Positions 51,289-64,000 of a stretch of DNA of 64,000 nucleotides are shown here, in pieces (position 1 is the first letter of the stretch; each line of letters begins with the position of its first letter). The stretch covers positions 47,182,001 to 47,246,000 of the forward strand of contig NC_082724.1 of NCBI RefSeq assembly GCF_030144855.1, in the 5' to 3' direction. Both the position numbers and the translations under genes were made by a program. Below the pieces are notes generated by a model. It did no database searches and had not been told where the DNA came from. It worked only from the letters and a program-made list of their open reading frames with translations. This DNA is from Hypanus sabinus. Lineage: Eukaryota.

Positions 51289-53169
51289 TATTTGGGATTA
51301 TATTTTCATATATACAAGTTGGTAAAGTAAATGAAAAAGTATGCAAGGTTCTGTCTTTTACAGAAGAGGCATAGGTCTAGAAGTTGGATCCCTATGTACC
51401 TGGTTTAATGCACTAAAATAATTAAACCTGTACTATAGGACATTTCTGATGAAAACTCTGTCTGTTCATTTCCAGATGTGGTTCACCTAACTGCTTTTGT
51501 AATTGTTTCAGGTTCAGTCTTGCATGAAATGATGTCCTGGTTGCACAAACCATATTTTCTTCTTCAACATAAGTAGGAGTTCTTGGGTCTAATTTGTAAT
51601 GTTTGTTAAATAATCAAAGAAATTCAAGGTACATTGCAGTAAAATTGAAACGTGAATATAAAAAAATCCACTTTGACTTTGCTGTCTGCCTCAGATTTCA
51701 AACCTCAGGGGACTGGAAGTCAGATCACAGATTGATCTGTTGTTGATTTCTGCCTTCTGAAATTATGTGCATCAGTGCTACATGGTGTGGTCTCTGCTTC
51801 CCTATTCACTTTGTTTCTGTCAGTGGCGTGGAACCGCTCAGTATAGAGTTTTATCAAGCTGTCAATCACTAGGGTGTTATTCACACAGAGTTCATCTCTA
51901 TCACCTCTAATTTGCCTCACCTCTATGCAGCTTTGTACTCATTTGCTTTGTGGCTGCCTTATGTGGAACATTAAACAGTACAGCCTAGGAACAGACATTT
52001 GGTCTATAATGTCCATGGTGAACATGATGTCAAATTAAATTAAATCTCAGCTGCCTACACATGATTCACATCCGTCTATCTGGACCTCTCATGATTTTAT
52101 AAACTGCCATCAGGTCTTCCATTAGCATCTAATGCTGCAGACAAGTCTATAAAAATGTCTTTGTGGTCATTCAGAAACAGTGTCACAGGCTGTTCAGAAA
52201 GGAACTAACCTTATTTTCTGAGCAGCTCATGAATACTACTTTGTTATTCCTTTGTTTATGCTCTATTTATCTTTGTAAGTTGTAGACTTTCATGTCTTTG
52301 CATTGTACTGCTGCTGCAGAGCAACAGCTTTCTCATCCTTACTCTGTTACAACAGTGGTCTTGTGACTGTAACAACTGCTAGCATGCCACAACAGGGAGC
52401 ATTCAGTACCTTCTACAGTATCACTGCCCTGCAGTAAAACAATTGTGGTTGAAAGACGAACAGGAAGCTGAGTAAGATTATTTATTATGGAGATAGCTGA
52501 AGGGATTAGGCTCACTATGGGTACTACTGTCTCCAAGAATGGAGGCATCCTTAGGGAAGGATCTGCATTGAAATGTAAGGTTAGCTATCTAACATAATAC
52601 TGCATGTTAGCCATTTCAGGAACAGCTTCTTCCCCTCCACCATCAGATTTCTGCATGGGCAATGAACCCATGAACACTTCTTCAATATTTCCCCCTCTTT
52701 TTGCACGACTTAGTTAATTATTTTTAATACCTAATTTTAATTGTTATTTATAGTTTTTATTATTATGTATTGCACTGTATTGTTGCTGCAAAACAACACA
52801 TTTCATGACATACCATATGCCAGCGGTATTAAACCTGATTCTGATTCTCGGGTGAATTACAAAGGTATGCTAGGGCTCTTACGTTACTCTGGAGATCTCT
52901 GTTTCTGTATGCCACAGATTTCAGATTGGATTATCGACAAAACGTGGAAATAAATTTAAATGTGGCATTTAACCAATTGGCTAAGTATGGTAAAGAGAGC
53001 TTTATTTCATTATACAGTATATCAATTCCATGACACCGCAAACACTATTGTTTAATGGCCATAGTTCAATAAATATAATATAAGACCATAGCTTGCTGGG
53101 CTCCAAGTGGCTATCAGAAATTCCAGTAGAGTCAGAGTCATAGAGAAATCCAGCACAGAAACAGACCCT

Positions 53170-54026
53170 TCTGCCTACTGATATACTGGCATCATAGGAA
53201 GAGGCCTCCCCACCATAGAGTTCATCTCCAATGAGCACTGTTACAAGAACACAACATCCATCATCAAGGACATTGATCGTGTGGATAGTCAGAGGCTTTT
53301 TCCCAGGGCTGAAATGGTTGCCACAAGAGGACTCGGGTTTAAGGTGCTGGGGAGTAGGTACAGAGGAGATGTCAGGGGTAAGTTTTTTAATCAGAGGGTG
53401 TGTGGAATGGGCTACCAGCAATGGTGGTGGAGGTGGATATGATAGGGTCTTTTAAGAGACTTTTAGAAAGGTACATGGAGCTTAGAAAAATAGAGGGCTA
53501 TGGGGAAGTCTGGTAATTTCTAAGGCAGGGACATGTTCGGCACAACTTTGTGGGCCAAAGGGCCTGTATTGTGCTGTAGGTGTTCTATGTTTCTATGACC
53601 CCACCACCTAGGTCATACTGTCTCCTTGCTGCTACCATCAGGAAGGAGATATAGGATCCTTAGTTCCCACAGCAACAAGTTCAGGGATTGTTATTACCCC
53701 TTCAACCATCAGGCTCCTGAACCAGCATGAATAATGTTACTCACCCCAACACTGAACTGATTCCACAACCTTTCACGGACTCTGCAACTCAAGGTTTCAG
53801 TATTATTTATTTACTTATATTATTATTATTATTATTATTATATTTTGTATTTCCACAGTCTGTCTTCTTTTGCACATTGGTTGTTTGTCAGTCTTTGTGT
53901 GTAGTTTTTCATTGGCTCTATTATATTTCTTTCCTCTACTGTGAATGCATGCAAGAAAATGAATCTTTGGATAGTATATAGAGACATATACCTACTTTGA
54001 TAATGAATTTACTTTGAACTTTGACT
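53170..54026 (+). mobile_element. Rex1-like 3' end (53170-53270 and 53597-54026) interrupted by a CR1 3' fragment (53271-53596)
   Basis: Host reads atcatcaaggac|cccaccacctaggtc (IIKDP.H.GH) across the insert; the insert ends tgttctatgtttctatg; host tail actttgaactttga; (TAT)n at 53818-53842. Confidence 0.8.
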
Positions 54027-54049
54027 CTGTATGAGCCATAAACAACTCA

Positions 54050-54320
54050 CTGATGCTAATCCTACATAAATCCTATACTCTGTTCTGTCTACCTGGTTAT
54101 CAACTCTTCCCAGGTTCAACCACTCACCTGCAAACACCCTGTGTAGTTCACAGTGATCAAGTAACCTCCCAATTGATGTGCCTTTGGGGCGTGGGATAAA
54201 ACCAGAGCACCTAGAGGAAATACACTCACTCAGGCAGAATGTACCAACTCCTCATACAGAGCACCAGAGGTCAGGATTGAAGATGGATCCCCGGCATTAT
54301 GAATAGTACTAGACCTATTG
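54050..54320 (-). mobile_element. HE1-type V-SINE
   Basis: ctttggggcgtgggataaaaccagagcacctagaggaaa...gaggtcaggattgaa. Confidence 0.65.
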
Positions 54321-55129
54321 CATTGCGTGTTAAAGTATGAATTAAAACAAGGATCATATATGTGATACTCCTAGCAGGCAACTGGATACTATTTAAACTG
54401 ACATTTGGCAGTGACTCTAAAAGTGAGGCTTTTAATAATATATCATTTGCTTTTAAGTTAACAACTGCAGTAGCAGTTCAGCATCATTTATGCAATGAAA
54501 AATATATTGCTGGCTCTACATTCTGAGTTTATCCTCCAAGACAAACATTACTGCGTCAAGGAAATGAAATTAGTTGTGAAATTAATGTCAAAAAGGAGAT
54601 AGCATGAGGCTATGCAGTTTTATCAGAAAATTGGGAGATGTGGCAATAATTTATATTTAATACTGAACACATATTTTTGAATACTGAATACACACCGAGT
54701 CATTACTATATTAATTCTGAATTGAGATGCTACTGGTTGTCTTTCAAGAACTAAATATTGTCAAAGATTGATTTTGAAATTTAGAAAGGTAGAAATTTCC
54801 ACACTGGTATATTTTAATGGACAAAGGACGTGCATGATAGACTTGCCACTGAATTGATACAAAATGTTCCATTTTCATAAAATTGTCCCAGGTTCTGGCA
54901 TCAGTTTGAGTTCACTTGATGTTCTGATTAAAGAGGAAGGATATCAGAATTAACTTGTGTTTTTTTAGTAATCATTTAAAGCAGTCAAATTAAAGCTTTT
55001 TACAAATTAAAGCTTTCAAAGCTATATCTGATACTGAAGGAACTTTGCGAAGATGACTCATGCTGTGACGTGGAAAGTTGTTAAAGAGTTGTACTGCACA
55101 GAAGTGAGCTATGCAAACTATCATGGTCA

Positions 55130-55492
55130 TGTTCAAAGTTCAAAGTAAATATATTATCAAATTTGTATGTATCACCATACATGATCTTGAGATTCATTTT
55201 GTTGTGGACATATCCAGCAGAGCTAAAAAAAACACAACGGAATCAACAAAAAACTACACACAGACAGGCAAACAGCTAATGTGTAAAAGAAGGCAAACTG
55301 TGCAAATGCTAATAATAAATAAATATTACTGAGGACATGAGTTGTAGAGCCATTGAAAATTAGTCCAGAAGTTGTGGAATCAGTTCAGTGTTGAGATGAG
55401 TGAATGTTAGTCATGGTGGTTCAGAAACCTGATGGTTGCACTGTTCCTGAACCTGCTGGTGTGGGATGTAGGGCTCCTGCATCTCCTTCCCT
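55130..55492 (-). mobile_element. Rex1-like LINE 3' UTR, same subfamily as 12618-12960
   Basis: gttcaaagttcaaagt tail; colinear with 12620-12960. Confidence 0.7.
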
Positions 55493-55851
55493 AAATATCG
55501 CTTAAACGTAGTAATTTTATCTAACTCCCCTACCACCTCTGGTAGCAATTCCAGATATTGACCACTCTGTATGGGGAATAGAACTTAATACCTGGGTTCC
55601 CTTTAAAACTCATCTTGCTCATTTTCAATCTCTGTCTTCTTATTTCTGCTACCTTCACCCTGGGGTGTATAGAGACTTGGTCTCTAAACTCTAGCTGTTA
55701 CAAATTCATATTCACCTGGATTGCATCTCCAGTGATTTTCCGAAGCGATAAAAAGCCAGAGGAGCATAACATGTCAAAGAGCATCTATGGAGGAAAGTAG
55801 ACAGTTGAGACCTTTTGTCAGGACTGAAAAGAAAGAAGGGTGGTAGTGAGT

Positions 55852-55869
55852 GAGAGAGAGAGAGAGAGA
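55852..55869. repeat. (GA)n microsatellite
   Basis: gagagagagagagagaga. Confidence 0.85.
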
Positions 55870-57130
55870 ATGGATGCCGGTGCTTATACTGGCAAAAAGA
55901 CATACAGACATTCATGTTCTCTGAATCATCAGTTTTGGACTGTCTGAATCAAAGCAATTGTAGAAATTGTCGTGCATCACAGGTGGCTTAGGTCCAGCTG
56001 AAGGGCAATGACACTGCTTTGCGGATGACTGGAAATGGGTCTGTAAGCAATCTTAGTGTTTCTGTGAAAATTTAAGAATCTCTTGCCAAATGAAACTGAA
56101 TTTTCCTCCCAACTTCAGAATAGGAGCACAAGTGGCAGAAAAGAGTTGTTGAAAGAAAAGAGATAGATATCACTTCATTGTAATTGTGTATAAAATTGAT
56201 TTATGTATCATTAGTTTCTTTGATTTATTCAATTGGATACTGAAGTCAATAGAGAGAGTAGGATCATGAGTCACAATTTAATTGTTGAGGTCAGGTATGA
56301 GTTGCCTCTTTTCTAGGAAGCAAACTTTGAAGTTGTTGCAATGAAATAAGAACTATAAAGAAAGCCAGATCATGAAGCCAGTTAACATCTTCTGGGTGGA
56401 TCAGAAACATAATATCCACAGTGAAAAGTGTGATGGCAACAGATTCATCACTCTTTTAAATAGATTGATGCGCCATATCAGCGCATCAGCAAAAAATCCT
56501 TCAAGTTGAAGGTGGTTAAGTCCTTAAGATATTATGAAATTGACATATGTTGAAAGAACATATCCATTCTCTTTTTTATTAGCCAGATATTGCTGGAGAT
56601 GTGCATTCATTGCACTGGGCTTTACTCAGTTATGGTTCATTAACACTTGAAATGCCAACCCACTTTTATGATTCAAAACCTAATGATCCAGTTTTATCCC
56701 AGCCGTTGATAAATGTCTATGAAGCTGTTCACCTATGAAGTGATGCTAGTTCCACTGGGCCTATGTGAACTTCAAAGACTTATTCATCACAAGTCATGTC
56801 TGAGAACTCAACATGAGTTTTTTTTTCCCTTATACCTCAGCTGGTATAAAATGCCATTTCTCAAATCTCACTCATGGCATAGAATGATACAAAATTGATT
56901 CTTGCAAATATCAGAACTTCAATATGACACAAGCTTTCTTGTGCTATTTAAATGCAGCGTTTCACAAGTGTCTATCTGCAAAAGCTTGAATTATCTCAGG
57001 AAATAAAGATGCAGTTTAGAAGCTCCCTACCATGAGCATTCTTTAATCTGTCATTACCTTAAGGGTTATGTTGATGAATCAAGCATGAAGCAATTTGACT
57101 AGTAATCCAGAACAATACAAGATGCTAGAG

Positions 57131-58698
57131 CAGGGGTCAGCAACCTTTACCACTGAAAGAGCCACTTGGACCCGTTTCCCACAGAAAAGAAAACACTGGG
57201 AGCCGCAAAACCCGTTTGACATTTAAAATGAAATAACACTGCATACAACGTTTTTTTTTGCCTTTATGCTATGTATAAACAAACTATAATGTGTTGCATT
57301 TATGAAATTGATGAACTCCTGCAGAGAAAATGAAATTACATTTCTGCATGCAACAAAAACATTTTGAACTCCGAAAAAAAGACGTTGGGTTGAAAGTTAC
57401 TTTTAAGTAAAATATTCAATGTCTATTTGAGTCCTTCTTGTATTTATGAAAAACGCCGAACTTAAATTTTCCGCCAGCAGCAAACCAAAAATAACGTCAG
57501 CCGGCTGTCATCCTGAAAAATGAAAGGACTATTTCACTGAACTATGAAAAAATATGAATATAAGTAAAATAATAGGCAATTAAAATATTTATCATACTTG
57601 GTTAATGGGATTTCTGCTCCTGGACCTCAGCACACAGCGTCTGCACATCAGGGCTGTATGATGTCACCTTCATCTTTACACAGGATCGCAAGCTGTCATC
57701 TGTGAGGTTTTCAATATCACTCCATTTGTGTTTCTGAGCAAGAACGGCCTTCTGACGGGCAACATCTTCAAGGTCTGCTGTCAAGCGTCTAAACTTGGAC
57801 ACCCATATGTCTTTGTCGGCTATGTCGGCCAGTTCCATCTCAAGACCAGGTTGACTCACACCTGCCAATGCAGTCGTATTCAGTAGGGAAGGATCGATGC
57901 TTAAGGGAGTGACCGGGAAGGATAATGTGTTTTTTTCCTCTCTGAACTCACAGAAGCGTTTCCCAAACGATGTTTGCATTGCGATGATTGCAGAATGTAA
58001 ATACTCCGAAATTATCATGTCGTGACCTTGTTTGAACTCTCTCAAATTGGGGAAGTGAGACAAAGTGCCTTTCTGTAAATCTCTGGCAAGCACTGTCAAC
58101 TTGCGCTCGAATGCCAAAACATCCTCCAACATGTGCAGGGCTGTACGTCCTTTCCCCTGAAGAGCTGTGTTCAGCGTGTTCAGGTGCGCTGTCATGTCTA
58201 CCATGAAGTGTAGCTTTTCCAGCCACTCTGGCTGTTCCAGCTCAGGAAAGGTGAGCCCTTTGCTGCCCAGGAAAATTTTCACTTCTTCCAGACACGCGAC
58301 AAAGCGTTTCAGCACCTTCCGTCTGGACAGCCAGCGATAAAAACACGTTGTAGCGGTGTCAGTAAACTGCAGTCAAAGATAGCTTTATTCGAACTAAACA
58401 GCCTTGCTTTTAAGCCTCCCTCAACCCAGCCCCCATGGACGCAGATGCTGCAAAAGACGCGTACTCACAAACCCCCGTAGGCTATCTCCCTTAGCCGGAA
58501 TGCCGGCTAATTGTGAGCCGTTTCGGATTTGGCAGGAAATGTACAAGATCACCATAATTACATTTCAAAAGCTAACAAACTAACATAAAATACATTTTAA
58601 TTAAATACTGACCAATTATTTCCCAAAGCCACAGGGAGCCGCAGCACAGAGGTGAAAGAGCCACAAATGGCTCGGGAGCCGCAGGTTGCCGACCCCCG
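57131..58698 (-). mobile_element. Young non-autonomous hAT transposon (Charlie/SPIN-type), 1568 bp
   Basis: Perfect 8-bp TSD TGCTAGAG (57123-57130, 58699-58706). TIRs CAGGGGTCAGCAACCT and reverse-complement CGGGGGTCGGCAACCT (14/16). Multiple GAGCC(G/A)C subterminal motifs. Confidence 0.95.
57602..58339 (-). pseudogene. hAT transposase C-terminal portion (GTF2IRD2/EPM2AIP1-like), N-truncated, open frame
   Basis: YRWLSRRKVLKRFVACLEEVKIFL...WLEKLHFMVDMTAHLNTLNTALQG...EQKSH*. RWLS is the conserved hAT motif. No BED finger and no first catalytic Asp block. Confidence 0.9.
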
Positions 58699-58836
58699 TG
58701 CTAGAGGGATTCATTGGGTTAGGCAGCATTTATGAGGGAAATGGACATTTCTCACCATAGACGCTGTCTGACCTGACTTCCTCTAGCATCTTGAGTGTTG
58801 CTCCAGATTCCAGCACCTGTAGTCTCTTGTATCTCC
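58699..58836. mobile_element. Foldback PLE-terminus element (begins 57112-57130) that was the hAT target
   Basis: Removing the hAT restores caagatgctagaggga...ttaggcagcat, inverted to gacgctgtctgacc...cctctagcatcttg; flanks AGTAATCCAGA (57101-57111) and AGCAATCCAGA (58837-58847). Confidence 0.75.
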
Positions 58837-59793
58837 AGCAATCCAGAGCTCTAGGCTGACAATCCAGAAGTTGAATTTAAATTGTACTATTACAATTTTC
58901 AATCATGTTAATAACCTGCTATTTGACCGGTGCAATTGATAGTCAGCAGATGTGATGTTGGATCTCAGAGATCCATTGAGAAAACATATCATAAGATAGA
59001 AGTGGTGTACTAATGACCCTTTAACCAATGTAAATGATATGCTCACCTCTGGATAGACATGTCTCATTCTTACTAGACCCATTCATATTGGACTAACATA
59101 CCTGAGAACAGAATGTTGCATGTTAACTATTGTGATGTGTAACAAACTGATAACTCAAATTATTGTTGCTACTGTTTGAAACATTTGGAAGCAAAGTTCA
59201 ATTATATGAAGGCAGATAGACTTATGACTAGAGAGTGAGATCAATATGTTTTCTGTTTCATATAAAACTGCTACAGTTTTTTTTAAGGTTGCACTGTATA
59301 CTCTGAATCAAATTTCAAAAGATACGTAACAGAACGTCTAACAATAACCATTGATCAAACTGTTCCTCAAGTAATCAACCTTGCCATACTTTGCATCCCA
59401 TTTGCAGCTCTGCTCAATGTGAAAGCAGTTTCTACAACTGCTGCCCCTCAAAGAAGATTTTCTTTTTCTCAAGAAAGTTAGAATACACAGTATTGCAGAG
59501 GTTTTCCTAAATCAAATCTCTGGATATCCCTGAAAAATAAGAGGAACTGTTACAAACACTTCAACAGTTTTGACAGATGGCAAAACATATGGTGGTTTAG
59601 GGTATATCAGAGCCTTGGGAAAACATAAAATTGAAGTCTCCTTGAATTTTTTTAGTGAGGAAGGTGCTAGCATTGGCACATGTTAAGGGGGCAAACTGTC
59701 CTCTGTTCCTATGGATGTGTGGTAAAACCAATATTGAGAGAAAAGAAGTGGAAATTATAATACAGAATTTGCTAATTGCCCATTCCTGAAGTA

Positions 59794-61308
59794 CAGTCCC
59801 TATAAAAAGTATTCCTCCCCTTTGGAAGTTTTCATGTTTTTATTGTTTTACAACATTGAATCACAGTGGAGTTAATTTGGCTTTTTTGACACTGATCAAC
59901 AGAAAAGTTTCTTTCATGTCAAAGTGAAAACAAATTTCTACAAATTAGTTTAACCTTATTACAATTATTAAATACAAATTAATTGATTGCATAATTATTC
60001 ACCCCCTTCAAGTCAGTATTTAGTAACTACATTTTTGGCAGTAATTACAGCCTTGAGCCTGTGTGGATAGGTCTCTATGAGCTTTGTACAGTTGGACACT
60101 TCAATTGTTCCTCATTCTTCTTTACAAAACTCCTCAAGCTCTGTCAGATTGCATGGGGATTGTGAGTGAACAGTCCTTTCAAGTGCAGCCACAAATATTC
60201 AATTGGGTTGAGGTATTCACTCTGTCTTGGCCATTCTCATGTTGCAATTCTCTTTCAGACTGCATCAGGTTTCTTCCAGGAGTTCTCTGTATTTCACTGC
60301 ATTCATTTTACCCTCTACCTTCACAAGCCTTCCAGGACCAGCTGCATTGAAGTATCCTCACGGCATGATGCAGCCACCACCAAGCTTCACGATAGGGATA
60401 GTGTGTTTTTGTTGATGTGCAGTGTTTGGCTTACACCAATCATAGCATTTAATCTAATGGATAAAAAAGCTCAATTTTGGTTTCATCGGACCACAGAACC
60501 TTCTTCCAGTTGACTTCAGAGTCTCCCACATACCTTCTGGCAAACTCTAGCTGGGATTTCATCTGTGTTTTTTTCAACAGTGGCTTTCTCTTTGCCACTC
60601 TCCCATAAAATTGCAACAGGTGATGACCCAAGACAACAGTTGTTTTATGTGCAGTCTCTCCCATCTCAGCCACTGAAGCTTGTAACTCCTCCTGAATTGT
60701 CTTTGTTCTCTTGGTGGCCTCCCTCACCCTTCTTGCATGGTTACTATGTTTTGAGGATGGCCTGCTGTAAGTGGACTTACAGCTGTTACATATTCTTTCC
60801 ATTTCTTGATGATTGACTTAACAGTACTCCATGGAATTTTCAGTGACTTGGAAATTTTCTTGTATCCATCTCCTGACTTGTGCTTTTCAATCACTTTTTC
60901 ACGGAGTTGCTAAGAGTGTTCTTTTATCTTCATAGTGTAGTTTTTGCCAGGATACTGACTCACCAGCAATTGGACCTTCCTGACAAGTGTATTTTTACTA
61001 CAATCAATTGAAAAGCCTTGACTGCACACAGTTTTGTATATAGCTAGTCCACCTTAACTAAAACACATTGGGTGCTGCAGTGCTAATTTGGTGTGCCATA
61101 TTAAAGGGGTGAATACTTATGCAATCAATAATTTAGTTTTTTAAAATTTGTAATTAACTTAGATCACATTGTTTTCACTTTGACATGAAAGAGTCTTTTC
61201 TGCTGATCAGTGTAAAAAAAGCCAAATTAAATCCTTGTGATTCAGTGTTGTAAAACAATAAAACATGAAAACTTCCAAGGGGGGGGTGAATATATTTTAT
61301 GGGCACTT
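59794..61308 (-). mobile_element. Tc1/mariner IR/DR element, Passport-like
   Basis: TA on both sides (59792-59793, 61309-61310). About 210-bp inverted repeats (ttggaagttttcatgttt and aaacatgaaaacttccaa), each with two tattc(a/c)ccccc-type direct repeats. Confidence 0.92.
60013..60933 (-). pseudogene. Disrupted Tc1 transposase
   Basis: [68 protein letters not shown], ending TKY*. The QQDNDPKH block is missing near 60240. Confidence 0.9.
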
Positions 61309-62054
61309 TATTACCTATTGTTAGCAGCTCCGCTGTTCTCTTAGTATGGGTCTTAATTCAATTTTAATTTAGTGAACAATAAGGACAATATTATTCAGAA
61401 AGAAGTACAAAAAACTTCAATGTTTTAGAAAGTTGTTCATGCCTGCCTCTTAGAAAACAAACATTTCTCACACCCCCAAGCCCTCACTGTCCAAGTCAGA
61501 TTATATCCTCCCTGCCCAATTCCAATGACCACAGGAAATCAAATAAAACCAAGTTGCTAGATTATGAAACAAGAACAGAAATGTTGGTAAAATTAAGCCA
61601 ATCCAGCAGTATCTGTGGAAAAAAGAGATCTGTTGACATTTCAAGTAAAAAAACTCTTCATCAGAACCAATCACCACTGCATTTCACATCAAATTCAAAT
61701 TTGCATGCCAGCCTCTGACAAGTGGAAACTCTGAGGTGAAGGCTAAGGGCAGAGTTGGTAATTCTAAGAAACTTATAGCACTCTGTGCTTGAACCAGCTC
61801 CTTGAAATAGCTCTTAAAAATTGTAGTTAATGACGCTGATAGATCTGTGCCCACTAACACTGTGATCCGTGCCAAGCAAAACTGTGATGCAGTGTTAAGC
61901 ACTGACAGACCCATGCCAACCCACACTGTGACCGAGCCCTAAAAATTGGCAGACCTATGCCCATTTGTACTACACCCAGCATATCATGATGGCAGAGTTT
62001 TATACACCAATTTCGAATCATCACTAATTTTTGCAGCATTACTCAACCAAGTGT

Positions 62055-62610
62055 CCTATCTTACTTGAGTAGACTGACTCATCACCACCTCTGATTTGTC
62101 CAGCAATTGTAGTGTCATCAGCGAAATTGAAGGCCATATCAGAGCTGTGCTTAGCCACACAGTCATGTGAGTGTAGAGAGTAGAGCATGGGGCTAAACAC
62201 ATGGGCTTGAAGTGCATCTGTGTTGGTACTAAATCTATGTGTTTAAGGTCTGCGAATGAGGAAATCAAATACCAGTAGTAGAGGAAGGTACAGTAGCTCC
62301 AGTTCTAGAAGTTTGATACTAAATTTGGACCTGAAAATAGTATTGAATGGCAAGGTCCAATCAATGAATGATAGCCTAACCTATAAGTTGCTGTTGTCCG
62401 GATCATGCAGAGCACAATGCAGACCAAGAAAAATAGCACCTGCTGTTGGCTTGTTCTAGCAGTAGGCAAATTAGAACATAAGCAGGTCATCTCTGAGGAA
62501 GGAGTTGATTTGTGCCATAACCAACTTCTCATAGCACTTCATTATGGTTGATGTAGGTGTCACCACACACTCTTCAAAGCGACAGATCACTACTATGCTC
62601 TTGGGCATCA
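62055..62610 (-). mobile_element. Rex1-like RT core fragment
   Basis: gtgtcatcagcgaaatt encodes NFADDT; LYSLYTHDCVAKH-like motif; FIDWTLPFNTI. Confidence 0.7.
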
Positions 62611-63393
62611 GAATCAAAATCAAGTTCAATATCACCAATATATGTCATGAAATTTGTTGATGTACGGCAGCACAACAGTGCATGATACATTAAAGAAATT
62701 ACCATAAATTACAGCAAAAAATAAATAGAGTGAAACAGGAAAGTGAGGTAGTGTTCATGTGTTTATGGATATTTCAGAAATCTGATGGTGGAGGAGAAAA
62801 AGTTATTCCTAAAATGTTGGACAGTTCCTAAAACCTTCAGGCTCTTGTAGCTCCTCACTAATTATAGTAATGAGAAGAGGGCTTAACTACCTTTTGATGA
62901 TATTGTTGATGGCCAGGAGGCTTGTGCCTGTGATGGAGCTCGCTAAGTCTACAACTCTCTGCAGCCTCTTTTAATCTTGTGCTTTGAAGTCTCCACACCA
63001 TGTTGTGATGCAGCCAGTCAGAATGCTCTCCATGGTACATCTATAGACATTTAGGAGAGTCTTCAATTTTGTACCAAATCTCCTCAGACTCCTAATGAAA
63101 TATAGCCACTGACATGCCTTCTTAGTAATTGCATCAATATGTTGGGCCCAGGATATGCGCTCTGAGGTGTTGACACCCAGGAACTTGAAGCTGCTTTCCC
63201 TTTCTACCTCTGACCCCTTGATGAGGACTGGTCTGTGCTCTCTCGACTTCCCCTTCCTGAAGTCCATGATCAAATCCTTGGCCTTGATGATGTTGAGTGC
63301 AACATTGTTATTGGGACTACACTCAACCAGCCAATCTATTTCTCTGCTGCACAGCTCCTCATTGCCATCTAATATTCTATCAACAACAGAGGT
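62611..63393 (-). mobile_element. Rex1/Babar-like LINE 3' end
   Basis: IMDFRKGK...ESSFKFLGVNTSERISWAQHIDAITKKACQWLYFIRSLRRFG...YRCTMESILTGCITTW. Confidence 0.85.
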
Positions 63394-64000
63394 TTAATTG
63401 ATTACAGCAGTGTACAATAGGCAGTTAGTCCAATAGATGCCTTTTTAATGAAGGTGGGATCTTTACACCACAGAAGCAAGAATTTCAATATGACCTGAAA
63501 TTCTCCAGCCTATTGATCCACACAGACCTTTAACACTTGGCCATCTACAATGTCTATTATAGAGGCTTTGCATTGGTTCATCCTCTTGAAGAATGCTTGG
63601 ATATCAGTCTCAGTAGAAGCCTTTGGATAAGCATGTGAAGATGCAGCCTTTAGAGAGTTATTGTCCAGCAGCAAGAAACTGGGACTAACTGGGTGGACAC
63701 TGTGGTTGACATGGACTGAATGCACTAAGGAATCTGTGTCCATGCTGTGTTGCTCTAAGACTTAGTATCATTTTGGATACACAAGACATCATAAATTCAT
63801 AATCTGGGTTGGATTAGCTGTAGCTGGAATATTACTCATGAATTCAAAGGAATAATGTTCAACACTTTTGATAGCTAGGTATTATCAATCTTGCTTCTTC
63901 AAGGTGCAGTTGCTAGTACTCTAAAAGTAATTGTATAATAAATAATTATCATCTATGTATAATAATTGCAGGATAGAAAGGAGGAATGCTGTATTTCTCT

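Larger units (their letters stand above)
5669..64000 (+). other. Large intron of the mGluR gene (>58 kb, runs past window end)
   Basis: GT donor at 5669. No ORF in the track encodes the expected next exon (Cys-rich domain plus 7TM); the content is transposon relics and unique non-coding DNA. Confidence 0.8.

Noticed and set aside
54985-55023. Short tandem duplications (caaattaaagcttt x2; also 4976-5001, 31351-31373, 54659-54692)
   Set aside because: Two-copy slippage duplications with no higher-order structure.
57602-58315. Host gene GTF2IRD2/EPM2AIP1/ZBED-like
   Set aside because: It lies between TIRs and a TSD, has no ATG start (the track ORF begins at GTG) and lacks the N-terminal domains; a transposon remnant.
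1-64000. Prokaryotic systems (CRISPR array, operons, defence islands)
   Set aside because: No regularly spaced repeats and no dense ORFs. The spliced exon and vertebrate repeats show eukaryotic intron DNA. The recurring short repeat is dispersed and in both orientations.

Overview
AT-rich, CpG-depleted, repeat-dominated vertebrate DNA. The repeat set (HE1-type V-SINEs, CR1 and Rex1/Babar LINEs, Penelope-like tails) points to a cartilaginous fish, probably a ray or skate; this is an inference. The only host coding sequence I can support is one 140-bp exon (5529-5668, +) of a group III metabotropic glutamate receptor, most like GRM7. The rest is intron: >5.5 kb upstream and >58 kb downstream, with no sign of the next Cys-rich/7TM exon. 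The intron holds Penelope-like elements (PLEs) of two lineages, many CR1 and Rex1/Babar fragments (several nested), a Gypsy gag-protease relic, a solo LTR, two hAT elements and a Passport-like Tc1. Main findings: (1) about 20 PLE termini, several with a recognisable minimal type I hammerhead ribozyme motif; (2) six head-to-head PLE foldback insertions, each bracketed by its own 7-11 bp direct repeat; (3) a hAT closely resembling the mammalian Charlie4/MER80 family, a horizontal-transfer candidate; (4) a young hAT with perfect TSDs and an in-frame-deleted transposase. Family names come from motif recognition and recall, not database searches. Most repeat boundaries are approximate.
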